DNA of 64,000 nucleotides from Cirrosporium novae-zelandiae (Eukaryota): NCBI GenBank assembly GCA_026023565.1, contig JAPETS010000003.1, positions 434,001 to 498,000 of the forward strand, read 5' to 3'. Shown piece by piece: positions 61,432 to 64,000 of this stretch (position 1 is its first letter; each line of letters starts with the position of its first letter). The notes under the pieces were generated by a model. It saw only the letters and a program-made list of their open reading frames with translations, ran no database searches and was not told where the DNA came from. The position numbers and the translations under genes were made by a program.

Positions 61432-64000
61432 AGAGGCGTGGATCTTTGTGTTTTCACCACTTTGGTATTTACGACGCCATGACACATTATATATTCCCAC
61501 TAAAAGTAATATATTTTTAATCATGAGAATATAGCTTAGGCAGGCCAGAATGGAAACCTAGAGGAGTCGGAAATATATAGACGAAACCCTACCTCAGCTA
61601 TTATAAGAATTCGCTCACGCCCTCTCTTACTAACAACAAAATCAGTACCAAAAGCTTTGCTCTCAGGCGCGACCTTTTCAGGAGAGTTCGAACTGCAGGC
61701 GAGACTCGGTACACTTATAGTCAGTCACATACTCTCCCCTCCGCTTCACATAAACAACCAGATCTAAAAAACATACGAGCGCCTCCCTCTGCATACCCTC
61801 AGGTTTGTTACCTGAGCCCAAGACTAGTGCAGCAGCAACACCATATTTCCCAAACCCCAGGTATCCCCGCCCCCTTCCCCAAGCTTCTTTAAATATATCT
61901 TTCTGCCCCCCCCTCTACCATCGCCTAATGGTACCTAGGCAGCTGAATGCCCCCATCAGCCTAAAGACAACTACCATTACACCAGTAAAAAAAACTTGAC
62001 TATAGAGAAGTTACCGGATTGCATATTTCTTTCTTTTCTTTTTTCTTTTCGGTCCATCCCACTTTCAAAGTAATGCCCTCACTAACCAAATCGCTAAATT
62101 TGAATGATGAACGTCAATATAACGCCCATACAAAACAAAATCCTCCTTTTCATTCCCTAAACTTCCATAATCATCCTTTCACTCCTATCCTTCATGTGCC
62201 CCTTTACCCCACGTGGCATGGCACCCCCATCAGGACTCATATATTTACCAACAACCACATCCAACTTCCGAATTCGTTTTTCCCCATGTTATCGAACTAT
62301 CTAGAATTCCACAAGGAAAAATCCATTAGCATTTTTTTGACGAGGTTGGGAGGAGAAAAACAAGTTTCATATTACGGATTCTAGATTCCTGGGTTCTTTC
62401 GACCCTTTTTTTAGTGGGTGGTGTGGATTCGGGTTTTGCTGAGGGGGGAGGGGGGGGCTTTCTGTTGTGGAGAATAAATAACCAGAGGATCTACCCGCGT
62501 TATTCAAATGCACCCACCTACCAACCCTAGCGCAGAACCCAAATTGGTGAAATGATAAGGGCTCCTTGGACGTAGTGTGTGGTACAAGTACCGTTGAACA
62601 TTCAAGAGATATTTATTTCTATCGGGATCGCTTTTTTTGTAATGGTAATTGTAATTACAGATGTCTAGAGCTTTTCTAGGATAGAGAAATAATGTCGATA
62701 TACCCACTTACTTATACTGTGTATTTGCTGTTGCTGTCACTATCTTTTACCTTCCTGTATATATGATATGGTATATGTATATAGCGATACCAAACGAAAT
62801 AATTTCTACAAGTGTAGTACATGTACATATACCCTACAATAACAAGAACACTGATACTATACCAGTTTGTGTGTGTAATAAATCACTAATTAGCCCTCCT
62901 GAGTAATCAAGAACCCAACCTAGCACTTATAGCATCCAACATCAACATTTATTTATTTTCATTTTCATTTTATTATTATTACTTTTCCTAATAGAAAAAA
63001 AAAAAAAAGGTTTCAATTAAATTATTATTGGAAATTTGATTTTTGTTTAAAGGCCTTCGGTGTAGTTGCTTTCATTTCTACACCTGTTGAAAGTTATGAA
63101 AGATATACATATACATACATATCAATATCCCCCCCTCACCAACTCTCCACCCCCTCCCCCCTACACTATCGATCCACCCCTAAACCCTCAAAATAAACCA
63201 ACATACGATCACAAACTTAAGAAAAACCAGCGCATCCTATCTCCATCCGCTCTGCCGTTACATGTTACATAACCTCAAGACCGGCGAGTTACTATAGTAG
63301 TTGGGTCGGTCGGTGATGAGTGGGGAATACTTGCTGTTGTATATATATATGTATGTATGTATGTATGTATATATGTATTTTTTTGGTTCTCCTTTTTGGG
63401 ATGTGAGGGGGGGACTGGGTATGGGATAAGACGTAATGAGTCTAAATCTGGTACTGATTAATAATTTAGACTATGTTATGCCTCGGAGGAGGGGGGTAAG
63501 ATATAAGATCTCTGTACTTTTTCCCTGTCAGCTTTAAAGGAGAAGAAAAGGGAAGTCTTCAAAACAAACCTCGTTTTCAACCGTAGATGGGAGATCACGA
63601 AGGCGTATTCTGATTAAAAGAAGAGTGAATATAAAAATTGGAACCAGCATTGTGCATAAAGTACTAAGCATGACATTTCCATGGAAACGAAGCTAGGTTA
63701 ATTAGTAGATTAAGTGCCCTCCCTCTTTGACAAGTCTAAGAATTTTTGGTGCGAGTCCAACTATTGTGACATCTAGCTAAAGGAGCAAACCTGATTGGCG
63801 CGACGAGTGCCACCGATGATAGCAAGAATGTCATCCATCCTGGCGGCCTAGGGAATCCAACAATTCCTTGAGCAGAAAGGATCGCTAAGACAACAGTGTC
63901 TGGATGAGGGTTTCGTAGATACATATATTCTGTTTTACTACTTACTTACCTAATATTTACGGTATGCATGACCCAATCTATTCTAGATAGAAGAGAAAGC

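Noticed and set aside
63736..63924. Short GC-balanced ORF near the window end
   Set aside because: It has no recognisable motif in any frame. It may belong to a feature beyond the window.

Overview
This is eukaryotic DNA from a filamentous ascomycete: short GT-AG introns with CTAAC/CTGAC-type branch sites and fungus-specific gene families. Roughly 1-31 kb is a conserved housekeeping block: amino-acid permease, sterol-esterase-like lipase, PEX6, DDX60-like helicase, ERG26, a UBE2Z-like E2 and a LIM/RhoGAP (Lrg1-like). Two lineage-specific genes follow (32-36 kb). Roughly 38-59 kb is a repeat-rich accessory island enriched in fungal innate-immunity/allorecognition-type domains. It holds (i) a SesB-hydrolase...ankyrin NLR relic whose middle is replaced by a MITE, (ii) a head-to-head pair of stand-alone patatin genes, one catalytically intact and one lacking the nucleophile Ser, (iii) a single-pass Ser/Thr-rich membrane protein, and (iv) a HeLo-like/NACHT/WD40 NLR broken by three in-frame TAG codons. 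Many hAT-type MITEs and LTR-like fragments lie between them. A LaeA-like methyltransferase follows. All intron boundaries and family assignments were made by eye, with no database searches.
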